DNA of 64,000 nucleotides from a virus (taxonomy: Duplodnaviria > Caudoviricetes): the IMG/VR virus record IMGVR_UViG_2836880742_000002, positions 24,509 to 88,508 of that record; one strand, 5' to 3'. A program made the position numbers and the translations under genes. How positions within the stretch are numbered: the first letter of the stretch is position 1; each line of letters starts with the position of its first letter. Shown piece after piece: positions 49,837-59,318 of the stretch. Below the pieces are notes generated by a model that did not search any database, was not told where the DNA came from, and was given only the letters and a program-made list of their open reading frames with translations.

Positions 49837-50584
49837 ATCTCATCTTGGTTTCTGATTTGTTCATCTCCGACCAATAGTCGAAGAAGTCACGTACCATTTC
49901 ACGACCGTATCTCTCCACATAGGGGATAAGTGAATCATAGAATGAATCCTTACGTGAGAGCGTAGCGGCTTTAGCCGCGGCAAGTTTTTTTTCCTGTTCG
50001 GCTTTCTTTTGCTCTACGTTAGTAGAGTTTTCTTTATTTTTCTTTCTATTTACTTTTACTTTACTTTGTCCATTATCCACATGATTAATTGAATTTTTTG
50101 TGCAATTAATAGAATTATTTGCATGATTAATTCCATTTATCATATATTCAGGAATGATTTCGGTCTCTTTCCTTTGATATGTGGCAAGCAAAAACCGCTT
50201 CTGTATTCCGGCAGATGTCAGCACTCCATGCACAGAAAATATTTCCGCGTCAAAGAACCCAACTTGTATTGCCTTGGTTAATACTTCCTTTACTGCGCCC
50301 TCGGAAACCCCAACAATGTCAGCGATAACAAAAGGCAAATCTTCGTCCCACAAAATGTAATACCCGTTATCTTTGTATATATTACACAGCAGGCAAATAA
50401 GTATGGAAGTGGATTGTGGCCCGCAAGCCCTTGCGATTTTTCTCACTTTCACATCTGAGAAGAAACCCACATCTAAAGGAAAGTAATCTATCCCTTGTTT
50501 TGTCGGTCTTCCTGCCATTTCATTAATATTTTGATTTAAAATCTCACATTGGTTAATTGCCTGTAACCTGAATATACCACCCAT
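49646..50584 (-). CDS. DUF4373 replication initiator (probable start MAGRP about 50518)
   Basis: GIDYFPLDV.F..D.K, LTS.GIQ.R, F.DYW.E..W..RL.TW. Confidence 0.85.
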   Translation of the reverse strand: MGGIFRLQAINQCEILNQNINEMAGRPTKQGIDYFPLDVGFFSDVKVRKIARACGPQSTSILICLLCNIYKDNGYYILWDEDLPFVIADIVGVSEGAVKEVLTKAIQVGFFDAEIFSVHGVLTSAGIQKRFLLATYQRKETEIIPEYMINGINHANNSINCTKNSINHVDNGQSKVKVNRKKNKENSTNVEQKKAEQEKKLAAAKAATLSRKDSFYDSLIPYVERYGREMVRDFFDYWSEMNKSETKMRFEQQTTWEVAKRLATWSKREKINGKQSYSVQSPGTYIPGRTSKDNAASRQSLEDLADAILGQH

Positions 50585-51801
50585 TTGCCGTTACCACCGT
50601 CAACTAGACGTAAATCCTTGACTTCTCCGAAACGCTTGATGTTTCCACAGAGGTCAACAATCCAACCTGCTTCCTTATTCGGATGCGGACGAATGGCACG
50701 ACCGACTATCTGATACCATAAGGCTAAAGACATCGTAGGACGAGCCATAACTATTGTGTCAAGCTCTGGATAGTCAAATCCGGTCGTAAGTACGCCGACA
50801 TTGGCCACCACGGGTATTTCTCCGGCCTTGAACGCTTCAAGGATACGCTCACGTTCCTTTTTCGGGGTGTCACCTGAAACGATTGCAGTACCGGGAATGC
50901 TCCACGTAAGCCGTTCGGCTTCTTTCAAGAACCGTGTGAACACTAATATGCCTTTACGCTTGCTGCCTGTAACGGTGTTGTTCACCAACCTTTGCACGAT
51001 GTGCACGAGGTAGCCGTAGAAGTCGATGCGTTCGTATTCCATGACAACAGACCTGTACGTGTAGTCGGCCCCGGTGGTGTTCACTTTCAAGTTGCGTTCG
51101 TTCCAACCGACAGGATTCATCGGGTAATAATTCAGCTTGGCCAAATACCCCATGTCCAAGAGGGTGGAAATCTGTACCTGATAAATCACCTCGGAGAACA
51201 CGCACGGACGTGTGCGCGTGATAAACTTTAGCATACTTCCGAAATCACGGCTTGAACTCAATCTATATGGAGTTGCTGTCAGGCCAAGCACTTTGCACTT
51301 CAACATAGAAAGGAATGATTTGTACATCCCTTCCTTGGGATTGACCAAATGACACTCGTCAATGATTATGTTTTTGAAGTGCTGGAATAATTCAGGATGG
51401 TTAATCACGCTTCCTATGGTAGCGAAGGTGATACGTGAAACCTCCTTTCGTCCGAACGATGCGGAATAAATGGAACAATCCAGTACCCCATACGAGCAGA
51501 GCTTCAGGTAGTTCTGTTCGACAATTTCACGTGATGGACAAAAAATAAGCACATAGTCATTTAGTCTATGTGCTATATCCGCAATTACTATTGATTTACC
51601 CGCCCCTGTTGGCAGTACCATGATAGCATTTGTTTTCTTCGCCTTGTTATTGAAGAAAGAAACGGCGGCATCAGATGCTTTCTGTTGGTAATCTCTTAGT
51701 TTGTACATGGTCAATAGTGGGTTGTTATGGTTAATTCTTTTACTCCATTCATGTAAAGGGCATGAAAATAGGCAGGAATAAACGTGTTCATATCTACCCA
51801 A
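50536..51801 (-). CDS. DEAD/DEAH SF2 helicase (probable start about 51708)
   Basis: LRDYQ, PTGAGKS, DECH, TATP, Q..GR..R. Confidence 0.92.
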   Translation of the reverse strand: MGRYEHVYSCLFSCPLHEWSKRINHNNPLLTMYKLRDYQQKASDAAVSFFNNKAKKTNAIMVLPTGAGKSIVIADIAHRLNDYVLIFCPSREIVEQNYLKLCSYGVLDCSIYSASFGRKEVSRITFATIGSVINHPELFQHFKNIIIDECHLVNPKEGMYKSFLSMLKCKVLGLTATPYRLSSSRDFGSMLKFITRTRPCVFSEVIYQVQISTLLDMGYLAKLNYYPMNPVGWNERNLKVNTTGADYTYRSVVMEYERIDFYGYLVHIVQRLVNNTVTGSKRKGILVFTRFLKEAERLTWSIPGTAIVSGDTPKKERERILEAFKAGEIPVVANVGVLTTGFDYPELDTIVMARPTMSLALWYQIVGRAIRPHPNKEAGWIVDLCGNIKRFGEVKDLRLVDGGNGKWVVYSGYRQLTNVRF

Positions 51802-52013
51802 CCTTTTTTAGCCATGTGTATTATCCAGTCTTTTTCAGTCAGTCTGGACTCGTCTATAGAATACATTGGATGTCCTAAGTGGCGCAAACTTCCATCTTGT
51901 TTTACTTCCCAATCTTTAGACAATTTGTCGGATTCATCGGTGTAATCTTTTTCAATATCCAGGAATGACACATATTCTCTTTTCATCTCGCCTTTTGCTT
52001 TAAATTTTTTCAT
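51711..52013 (-). CDS. Hypothetical protein immediately downstream of the intron
   Basis: ATG at 52013; Y.I...RL...DW..HM..K.W. Confidence 0.6.
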   Translation of the reverse strand: MKKFKAKGEMKREYVSFLDIEKDYTDESDKLSKDWEVKQDGSLRHLGHPMYSIDESRLTEKDWIIHMAKKGWVDMNTFIPAYFHALYMNGVKELTITTHY

Positions 52014-52025
52014 ACTTTTTATCCG

Positions 52026-52693
52026 ATCGGGTAGGAGGTAAATGCTAATCATAAAAGGCATTTGCCTCCTATTTTCACATTTACCGACCTCCCACACCAC
52101 CGTACGTGCGGTTCCGCATACGGCGGTTTCGTGCTTTCTCATCTTGCGATGTGTGGCAAGTTGTTTTCAGCTATCCCTATGAGTAGCGTCACTTCTATCC
52201 TATTGTCGGATTCCGTCCTATCGTCTTGGATAGAGAGTTCCTTTCGGACATCTGACGAGGTGTCTCACAGGGTAACATTCATTTACTATTGCACTGCACG
52301 ATTCAGTCCTTCCCTATAGGCACACGTGCCTTGGGTACTATGACCTCTGCTGACTTCTCACGGCAAGCTTTACTCCGTCATTGTACATCGAATGATTCAT
52401 CTTCACCCATGCGTCCGTGAGACCTCCTCGGATAAGGGCTTATTCTTTCCATCTTATACCCACTTCATTTACACCAACCATTCCGAATAGCTATGGGACT
52501 TTGATTTGTCTTGCAATCTCATCCATGGTCAAATGCCTTGTATGAAGTTTCTGTGCGTTAGGTCAGATGTTTGCCGCCAGCTTCTTTCAGATTCCACCTC
52601 GCGATAGACACCCTTGCTATTGGCTATACGATTCCCGCTATTAGGGCTCGTTAGGGACTTGCACCCATTAGAATAAGCTCATGCCGAGCATAC
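52026..52693 (-). mobile_element. ORF-less group IIC intron (about 668 nt)
   Basis: 5' GTATGCTCGGCATG..GGTGCAAGTCCC; GAAGTCAGCAGAGGTCATAGTA; DV AACCGCCGTATGCGGAACCGCACGTACGGTGGTG; 3' CTCCTACCCGAT; follows a terminator. Confidence 0.9.
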
Positions 52694-52696
52694 AAT

Positions 52697-52728
52697 AAAA
52701 AAAGCGGTGAAAAATTAATTCCACCGCT
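52697..52728 (-). terminator. Intrinsic terminator serving as the IIC intron target
   Basis: AGCGGTGGAA-TTAATT-TTTCACCGCT-like stem followed by a T run. Confidence 0.85.
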
Positions 52729-52814
52729 CCGTATATGCCCCCCCCGAGTGGGGAGGACTTGCGTAAACAAATGCCTGAATTGTGAATCAAATGAGTTTCA
52801 GGCGGATTGTCTTA

Positions 52815-53489
52815 TTACTCTACGTTCAACTCCCTATGCTGTTCCAAATACATATCCCTTAAAGGCAAGCTGAGGATGAAACAAACATCCTGTAGGGAAA
52901 GGTTATAAGGCTTGTCTTCTCCGGATTGGCCTTTCAGCGTATAAGTAGGTGATTTATAGACAAAATCCTTTAAAGGCTTGAATATATCATTGTCTGTATT
53001 GGACAAAAGCACCCAATAGGCCGCGTCTTCCACATCCAAAGCCGCTTTGGGATTTCGTTCGTCTATCTTCGAGAAAAAGAAATCTTTGTTAGCTTCCAAA
53101 AATGTTTTCCCATTTATGTCGCCAAACACCCTCACCCCGTTATCGTTCAAACGTCGTGGGCTTTTCTTTAGTGAAAAAATATTGGAAATGCTCTCGTCTT
53201 TAAGCACTAAAATATTCTTTATGGTAAGAATATCGTCTCTCATGCTTTCTAAATTAGATTTGAGCACCGTAAGTTCAGCCTCGTGATTTCCGCACCGGCT
53301 TTCTAGCTTATCGTGTTTTTGGTCGTGTTTGTCCTCCCATTTTGTAAGCTTACGTGAAGCTACAAAGCATGTCACACCTACTATGATGACAATGGCAAAA
53401 GTAGGCCAATTTGCAAGAAGATATTCCAATATGGTTTCCATGTCTTTTTTTATGTTTACTCTCTGTCTACAAATATAAGCGATTTGCAT
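52815..53489 (-). CDS. Membrane-anchored coiled-coil moron protein (probable start METIL about 53441)
   Basis: N-terminal TM, SP..L...G motif; own -7 box and terminator. Confidence 0.65.
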   Translation of the reverse strand: MQIAYICRQRVNIKKDMETILEYLLANWPTFAIVIIVGVTCFVASRKLTKWEDKHDQKHDKLESRCGNHEAELTVLKSNLESMRDDILTIKNILVLKDESISNIFSLKKSPRRLNDNGVRVFGDINGKTFLEANKDFFFSKIDERNPKAALDVEDAAYWVLLSNTDNDIFKPLKDFVYKSPTYTLKGQSGEDKPYNLSLQDVCFILSLPLRDMYLEQHRELNVE

Positions 53490-53557
53490 GCAGGATGCAC
53501 GTGCTGCGCGTTATAATTTAGTTTTATTTAAAAAACAAAAGTATGATAAAACAGTTT

Positions 53558-54037
53558 TCAAACACCCTTTTCCTTTTTCAGTTCGCGGACTTTTTGGGAA
53601 TATTCCTCAATAAGTTCCTTGTACTCAAACTCTGAGTATTTACGGCTTTCGTTCTTCGCCTTGTATTCCACCATGTCAACCCTCTTTTCTCCAATTTGGG
53701 CGACAAGGCCGCGCCGGAACATTTGGGCATTGCCTTGGTTGTAAATGTTGCACGCCACACATTGGGGGCGGCAGTTGTCCTCATCAAAGCGCGTGGACAT
53801 ATACCGGCGTGACATGTAGTGGCCGTTCTGTATCTTTTTCCAAGGTTTGAACGCCCCACAGCTGATGCACTGGCACATACCGCCAGGAAGCGCGTATTTG
53901 AGACGGATGTATTGGGAAAAAACTGTATCAAGCTTCTTTTTGTAATCCGGCTTCTTCTTGATTTTGATACCTGCCTTGTCGAATAACGGCAATGGCTTTT
54001 CTTTCTTCTTCTTAAGTTTCCTAATGTAGTATGGCAT
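53558..54037 (-). CDS. ninG: NinG/Rap recombination endonuclease
   Basis: FS.YIRL..CISCG..GHY.SR..RF.E.N...QC..CN. Confidence 0.88.
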   Translation of the reverse strand: MPYYIRKLKKKKEKPLPLFDKAGIKIKKKPDYKKKLDTVFSQYIRLKYALPGGMCQCISCGAFKPWKKIQNGHYMSRRYMSTRFDEDNCRPQCVACNIYNQGNAQMFRRGLVAQIGEKRVDMVEYKAKNESRKYSEFEYKELIEEYSQKVRELKKEKGV

Positions 54038-54068
54038 TTTTATTATTGGTTTACATTGTTTTATAACA

Positions 54069-54497
54069 TTATATACTCATTGCCAATTTCACTTCCACTA
54101 ATGGTTTACACAATTCAACAACCCGTTTGCAATCTTCCACATCGAACATTCCTATATGGCATAATTCACGTGGTATGCCTAACTGGTTGGATAGCCATAG
54201 GTAAGCCTTGTTTCTGTTCGATGTGTTGGGGATATGCTTCTTCCAAATCTTGTTTATAAGATTGGTCTTGGCTATTTGGTCGAAATAGAAATGGGCTTCT
54301 TTCTTGGCTTCCCTTAGTTCCGCATTAGCCAAACGCCCTAATGCTTGGTCTGTACCTTTATGTACACCTACATAAGCTCTACAATCTCGGCAGAGATAAA
54401 TCATGCCGTATGAGCGTCCGTAGATAACGGAACTGTCTACATATTCGATGGGCTTGCCACAATAGGGGCAAATCTTACCAATCAGTATTTCATTCAT
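54069..54497 (-). CDS. DUF3268 zinc-finger protein
   Basis: CPYCG..C..C.AYVG.H..LG.LA..LR..CHIGMF. Confidence 0.85.
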   Translation of the reverse strand: MNEILIGKICPYCGKPIEYVDSSVIYGRSYGMIYLCRDCRAYVGVHKGTDQALGRLANAELREAKKEAHFYFDQIAKTNLINKIWKKHIPNTSNRNKAYLWLSNQLGIPRELCHIGMFDVEDCKRVVELCKPLVEVKLAMSI

Positions 54498-54516
54498 TGA
54501 TTATTTATTTAAGTCG

Positions 54517-54583
54517 CAGGACATACGAGAGTCGAACTCGCATAGATGCGTCCATCTGTTTTACCTACTTAAACTAATGTCCT
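54517..54583 (-). ncRNA. tRNA-like RNA with truncated anticodon arm (4-nt loop)
   Basis: AGGACAT TA GTTT AAGTAGGTA AAAC AGATG-GACG-CATCT AT GCGAG TTCGACT CTCGT ATGTCCT G. Confidence 0.7.
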
Positions 54584-54621
54584 CCAGTTGTCTTTCCAAC
54601 TTGTCTTATCTGCGCAGATAG

Positions 54622-54695
54622 TGGTATCGGCAGGATTCGAACCTGCAATCTACCCGTTAACCAACAGGCGCGTTAACCAATTCCGCCACGATACC
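54622..54695 (-). ncRNA. tRNA-like RNA with Leu-type D arm and 6-nt anticodon loop
   Basis: GGTATCG TG GCG GAATTGGTTAA CGC G CCTGT-TGGTTA-ACGGG TAGATT GCAGG TTCGAAT CCTGC CGATACC A. Confidence 0.75.
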
Positions 54696-54720
54696 AATGC
54701 CCGTCTTTCCGGGCTGTCAG

Positions 54721-55458
54721 TTACACTTCGATGATTACGATGTCAGGCGCAACACCTTTGATTGCTTCTATCTGTCCGTCAATCACATTGTTCTTGTATT
54801 CTTCAATGGCCTCATTTGCACCGGCAGAAACAAGGGATAATGAAACATCACGGCCATCCACATCTGCATAAATCTCAACCTCTATTTCTTCACAGGCAAA
54901 GCTTTTGAAAAGAGGAATGTTCAGCTTGAAGGACTTCGGAAGATTGGAATCTACCACTTGCGAATAGTTGTCAACCTTGCTTCCATTTTCCTCTTTGCTG
55001 CGCTCGATGTCCTGATTTACTTTAGCCTTGAAATTTTTCAAAGTAGAAACCAGTGTCATGTTCTCAGCCTTGTCCTTGAAGAAAGCCCGGTGCATCTTGA
55101 AGAACTGGGACAGCTTGATAGGCTCCCATTCTTTTCCTGTGTTTACTCCGAACTCCAACATTTCTTTTGAAAAACACAATACGCCATTGATTTGTGTACG
55201 GTAATAATTGGTCTCGTCTATCGTGAGAAGCAAACTCATGTTATTACGGCTTACAGTAATATTTGAGGACTTCTGATTGATAAGTTCCACACGTTTTTCC
55301 AACCACCGTAGAGGTGCATCGATAGTACCTTCAAAGACAACTCTTTCTGGCTCTTTGGGGTCGAGTGCTGCGGGTGCTTCACCTTCTCTTAATACTACTT
55401 CAATAGGTCTGCCGTTGTAATCTTTCGGCACAACCAAGTTGATTTTGTTCTCGCTCAT
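54721..55458 (-). CDS. Conserved phage protein (DUF2303-like)
   Basis: LP.SF.L.IP.F C-terminal motif. Confidence 0.55.
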   Translation of the reverse strand: MSENKINLVVPKDYNGRPIEVVLREGEAPAALDPKEPERVVFEGTIDAPLRWLEKRVELINQKSSNITVSRNNMSLLLTIDETNYYRTQINGVLCFSKEMLEFGVNTGKEWEPIKLSQFFKMHRAFFKDKAENMTLVSTLKNFKAKVNQDIERSKEENGSKVDNYSQVVDSNLPKSFKLNIPLFKSFACEEIEVEIYADVDGRDVSLSLVSAGANEAIEEYKNNVIDGQIEAIKGVAPDIVIIEV

Positions 55459-55892
55459 GATTCTGTTCCTGTTTTACGGTTAATACTGAATACTGTCTTT
55501 TGCATCTCTTGTGGCATGATTGGACGACTGTAAACCAATTCGCCAAACCGGTTATAGAATCCGGCCATCTTTTCCTCATGGTAGAGGATTTTGGCACATT
55601 CTTCATTGTCCACGAACTCCGAACCTTTCTTTATATGCTCCAAGAGTTCTTGTTTCTCCTCGTTCAAAGGTTTCAACCGCTCTTTGAACTCTTCCATTGC
55701 CTCTTTCTTCTCAATCTCAATGTCGTTGATGGTGATTGAAACCTCGGCCAATGATTCTTTCTTTTGTGCCAACTCGTCAGGATTAAACCTGTGGGTGTAA
55801 CCAATTCTCTCTACTGCATCGGCATTGTCCTTTAAGAATTGCCAACGCTCTTTCTCAGGGATGTCCTGACCCAAAAATTTGTCCATAATCAA
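55455..55892 (-). CDS. Coiled-coil phage protein
   Basis: G.LV..RP...E.Q motif. Confidence 0.6.
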   Translation of the reverse strand: MIMDKFLGQDIPEKERWQFLKDNADAVERIGYTHRFNPDELAQKKESLAEVSITINDIEIEKKEAMEEFKERLKPLNEEKQELLEHIKKGSEFVDNEECAKILYHEEKMAGFYNRFGELVYSRPIMPQEMQKTVFSINRKTGTES

Positions 55893-56326
55893 ATAAATTC
55901 TTTATTACGTTCTACTTCTATTTCCATTAATTGTATCAACCTTTCCTCATCGGGGCTTGGGATATAGATACCGGCATTTGACGCACACCAGTTTCTGAAA
56001 CGGTCTACCGTAAGGGCAAATTCAGAACTGTCCAATTCGGAAGAGCTTCTAAGGTACTTCACATGCCCAAGATATTTGTCTTCCCTTTCCCGAATAAAAG
56101 TACCAGGGTTGCAAAGAATCTTGTAATAGTTACGCTTCACATATTCCATGGTTTCACCGATTTGGCACCCGAAATATGAAAGGCAGACATGAAGGTATTT
56201 GTTGGCCTGAATGCTCCTCTGTGGTTTCTTCTCGATCAAATCAAATATCTTTTTGTCCTTGATGAGCTTTTCCAATTTTGCCCTTGCCTGCCCGGCGTGG
56301 AGTTCGTTGGAACCGTCGTACCTCAT
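55889..56326 (-). CDS. NinB-like protein
   Basis: RS..AN.YLH..RSS..L...E..GIY.P.P. Confidence 0.65.
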   Translation of the reverse strand: MRYDGSNELHAGQARAKLEKLIKDKKIFDLIEKKPQRSIQANKYLHVCLSYFGCQIGETMEYVKRNYYKILCNPGTFIREREDKYLGHVKYLRSSSELDSSEFALTVDRFRNWCASNAGIYIPSPDEERLIQLMEIEVERNKEFI

Positions 56327-56332
56327 AAATTA

Positions 56333-56644
56333 TCAGAAAGGCAAGTCGTCAAGAGGTGACACGCTTGGGGCTGCGGCCACTTGTTCGGGGGTTGGTGCGT
56401 TCGGTTGCGACTGGTAGGTCTGCAAGTCACCGATGAAGTAGTTTTCCCCCTCCTTCCGTTCTTCTTTCTTGGGGGAACAAGAAACGAAGTGGGTATATGT
56501 CCTGTCGCCAAAGGTTGCAGGTTCTTTCCTTTCCCCCACAAAGATGTTCAGGAATATACGTTCCTTTCCGTCCTTGCACATGATTTTCTTCATCTGTGAG
56601 CGTGGTATGTCGCTCAGGCAGATACTTCCATATAAACTGCTCAT
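56333..56644 (-). CDS. Putative ssDNA-binding protein
   Basis: SSB-like acidic DDLPF tail. Confidence 0.6.
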   Translation of the reverse strand: MSSLYGSICLSDIPRSQMKKIMCKDGKERIFLNIFVGERKEPATFGDRTYTHFVSCSPKKEERKEGENYFIGDLQTYQSQPNAPTPEQVAAAPSVSPLDDLPF

Positions 56645-56665
56645 TTTCTAATGTTTTTTATGTTA

Positions 56666-57598
56666 CTATTTCACTTTTAAAATCACGCTTCCGGAAACCT
56701 TGGTTTTGATGAGATAAGCCTTGTAAAGGTCGGGATGGTCGGAGGCGAAACGCTTCTTGTCGAAGTCTTCCCTTTCGCTGTCTTCCTTGCGTGTAAAAGA
56801 CACTCTGTCCCCGACCCACTTGCTTACACCGGCATTCTGCATCTCGAATTTTACGCCATCGGCCAGTTCCTTTTTCTTTTCTGACCAATATTTATATTGC
56901 CGGTCGATTTCGGCTATGGCATCTTCCATGGCGGCATATTTTTCCGGAAGGCTCGTATCCGTGAAGGAAAGGGCATAGGGGTTGGCGAATTGCTCACCGT
57001 TCACCTCGTGCTCCATCAATGACACCACCACACCATCCGGGATGCGTTCAACTTCCACGAGTTCATGGCGTTCTCCGCGTAGCCAGATGGCATAAAGGTG
57101 GAGGACTTTTGCGCCGGGATTCTGACGTTCAAAAAGGTAGGCGTAGACGGAAAGCTGCCACCTGACATATTCCTTGTCAAGCTTATAAGTAGTCTTTATG
57201 TCAGCCAATGTAAATGTTGATTCGCCATCCCTGTAAACCTTGTCGATGCAGCTTGCAAAGTGTTCGTTGTCTGATACAAGGTATTCGCTTTCCTCATGCT
57301 TCAGGGCGTATGTCTCTTTCAGTTCCTTGTAGCCTATTGCCTCTGGACTTTCATGTTCCACACCTAGACTGTCCACCAACTCACAAACCGAATGGATGAA
57401 TGAGCCGCGTTCTGCGGCGTTGCGCATCGTTTCTTCATCAATCCCGTCATACTTTCCGGGAAAGAGTTGCCGTGAAAGCATGCCGGTTATCCCGTCAAGC
57501 ATCCTGCCGGCCGGCGTTATGTAGGTGTGAGTGGCCGGATAAAACACGACATCCGATTTTTTAAGCTTGTACATAAGGCACCTCCTTTTTCCTTTCAC
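56666..57598 (-). CDS. PD-(D/E)XK recombination exonuclease
   Basis: RG..IH, ID, DIKTT, QL..Y. Confidence 0.8.
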   Translation of the reverse strand: MKGKRRCLMYKLKKSDVVFYPATHTYITPAGRMLDGITGMLSRQLFPGKYDGIDEETMRNAAERGSFIHSVCELVDSLGVEHESPEAIGYKELKETYALKHEESEYLVSDNEHFASCIDKVYRDGESTFTLADIKTTYKLDKEYVRWQLSVYAYLFERQNPGAKVLHLYAIWLRGERHELVEVERIPDGVVVSLMEHEVNGEQFANPYALSFTDTSLPEKYAAMEDAIAEIDRQYKYWSEKKKELADGVKFEMQNAGVSKWVGDRVSFTRKEDSEREDFDKKRFASDHPDLYKAYLIKTKVSGSVILKVK

Positions 57599-58118
57599 CC
57601 AGACGCTTCATGAAAGCCTTGTCATCATGAAGCATGGTATATTTGTTGAATATTTTGGATAGTTCGGCCGTGTCCTTGGCAGCATCTATCTCTTGGAAAG
57701 CCATGTCCCGGTTGTCGGAAAGCCCGTCGTCCTTACCGCCGGTGTTCGTGTCGTCGCAGTCTTTCGTGTCGTCGATACAAAACATTCCGTTCAGGGCGTA
57801 CTTCCGGGCATAGGAAGAAGCCGCTCCCGTCACCTGTGAGCCATCCATGCCTTTCTTGCTTTCTTCTTCACGAGCATAAGCGGTAGTCGATACGGTTTCG
57901 CCGTTCTCATTCTTTAATGTGACGGTGGCCTTTACATATATGCGCGTACCAACAAGAACCATTTCGTCGGCGATCGTAAGTTCGCACTTATGTTCATACA
58001 ATAAGGGCTTCAATGCCTCCAGTATGTCTTCGCAACTCCGGTACTTGTACTTCCCGAAGTTGTTCCATTGCCCTTTGGGAGCTTTCAGGCTGTGTTGGAT
58101 TTCTATTAGTTCTTTCAT
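57561..58118 (-). CDS. erf: ERF family ssDNA-annealing protein
   Basis: Q.TG..SSYARKYAL...F..DD..D.D. Confidence 0.92.
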   Translation of the reverse strand: MKELIEIQHSLKAPKGQWNNFGKYKYRSCEDILEALKPLLYEHKCELTIADEMVLVGTRIYVKATVTLKNENGETVSTTAYAREEESKKGMDGSQVTGAASSYARKYALNGMFCIDDTKDCDDTNTGGKDDGLSDNRDMAFQEIDAAKDTAELSKIFNKYTMLHDDKAFMKRLGERKKEVPYVQA

Positions 58119-58197
58119 TTTACTTCCAATTCTGATTTGAGGAATTGCTTCAGGTCACGACCGTAATAAAACGGACGGCCATCCGAACCTGTGATAA

Positions 58198-58497
58198 TTA
58201 TTTCATTGTCCCCCTCGCTACAATCCCGGCTATATTCGCCATGGATAAGGCTTGTTTGACTTCTGCCTTGGAGTAGTAAAGCGGAGAATTACGACCAACG
58301 CCTTTCCTTGTCGCCCGAATGACACCTTCCGAAACCAAACGGTTAAAACGCTTGATGTCTATCCGCATCATTTTTAACCAAAGTTTTATTTCAGATGCCC
58401 GGACTAAATCTTGCGGTGGCTCGTATGCTTTGACGGCCTGCATATAGCCCACTTGAACAAAGTCGGCTATGACAGAATTTAGTTCTTGAATGTCCAT
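58198..58497 (-). CDS. Putative DNA-binding/excisionase-like protein
   Basis: NSP..YS..E motif. Confidence 0.45.
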   Translation of the reverse strand: MDIQELNSVIADFVQVGYMQAVKAYEPPQDLVRASEIKLWLKMMRIDIKRFNRLVSEGVIRATRKGVGRNSPLYYSKAEVKQALSMANIAGIVARGTMK

Positions 58498-58503
58498 GAT
58501 AAT

Positions 58504-58746
58504 TTACTTTATACATATAATAGATATATAACCGGGATATTCTGTTGCAGAAACCCTAAACTTCACATCCATTGCTGTTTTCAGTTCACCCAAAAGCCGT
58601 CCCGTGCTATTTCTTCGGCTTGCTTCTGCCCTGATTCCATTATATCTTTTTTTCTCGAACGGGACTTTGTACACATCCCCTTTTTTCATGCTGTAAAATA
58701 AGCCAACATGAGTATAATTTTCATCTATCATTATTTCCTTTATCAT
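58504..58746 (-). CDS. Hypothetical protein
   Basis: Early operon ORF. Confidence 0.55.
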   Translation of the reverse strand: MIKEIMIDENYTHVGLFYSMKKGDVYKVPFEKKRYNGIRAEASRRNSTGRLLGELKTAMDVKFRVSATEYPGYISIICIK

Positions 58747-58763
58747 ATTTTACCTCCTTTCCG

Positions 58764-58982
58764 TTACCATAAATTTTTATCCGACAATGTGTCATAATAC
58801 TCTTTGTTAGCCATGTATTCTTCGGCTATCTCACTGTCCGTGTCATGCCCCAATACTTTGATAAGTTCATAAACATGCGGATTCAGGTTGTTCACAATCT
58901 CGTTTGTCCGGTCTGCGTGTCCGGCTAACCCTAATGCCACTATAAACAATGTGGCGATTCCAATGTTTCTTAATGTTTTCAT
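58764..58982 (-). CDS. Small membrane protein
   Basis: N-terminal hydrophobic helix. Confidence 0.55.
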   Translation of the reverse strand: MKTLRNIGIATLFIVALGLAGHADRTNEIVNNLNPHVYELIKVLGHDTDSEIAEEYMANKEYYDTLSDKNLW

Positions 58983-59318
58983 ATTGTTTGTTTTAGTTTG
59001 CTACCCCTCAACGGCTTAAACCGGTTGTTACCCCGAATCTTACGGGAGGGGATATTTTAATTTCATCACGCTGCTGTCTCATGCTCTTCACGGTTTCACG
59101 CCGTGCCTCACCGCCATTCGATTGCTTTTACGCTACTGTAACCCGCATCTGCTATGTGTATGTTTCGATTCTATCTCACTGCCATACCGCTTATTGCGCC
59201 GCGTTACTTTCAAGCCCACGCGGACGGGCTACCATTTATGCTTGGGTCAAGCCGTCTTTATACTGTTTCCGCCAGTGTCTTGTTGGTGGCCGGGGAATCG
59301 AACCCCGGCTTCATCCCA

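Noticed and set aside
51711-52142. 143-aa ORF as annotated
   Set aside because: Its first about 43 codons are intron domains V-VI; the real start is likely ATG 52013
54498-54621. Theta/HDV-like ribozymes behind the tRNA-like genes
   Set aside because: The 3' trailers are too short and show only simple hairpins, with no nested double pseudoknot
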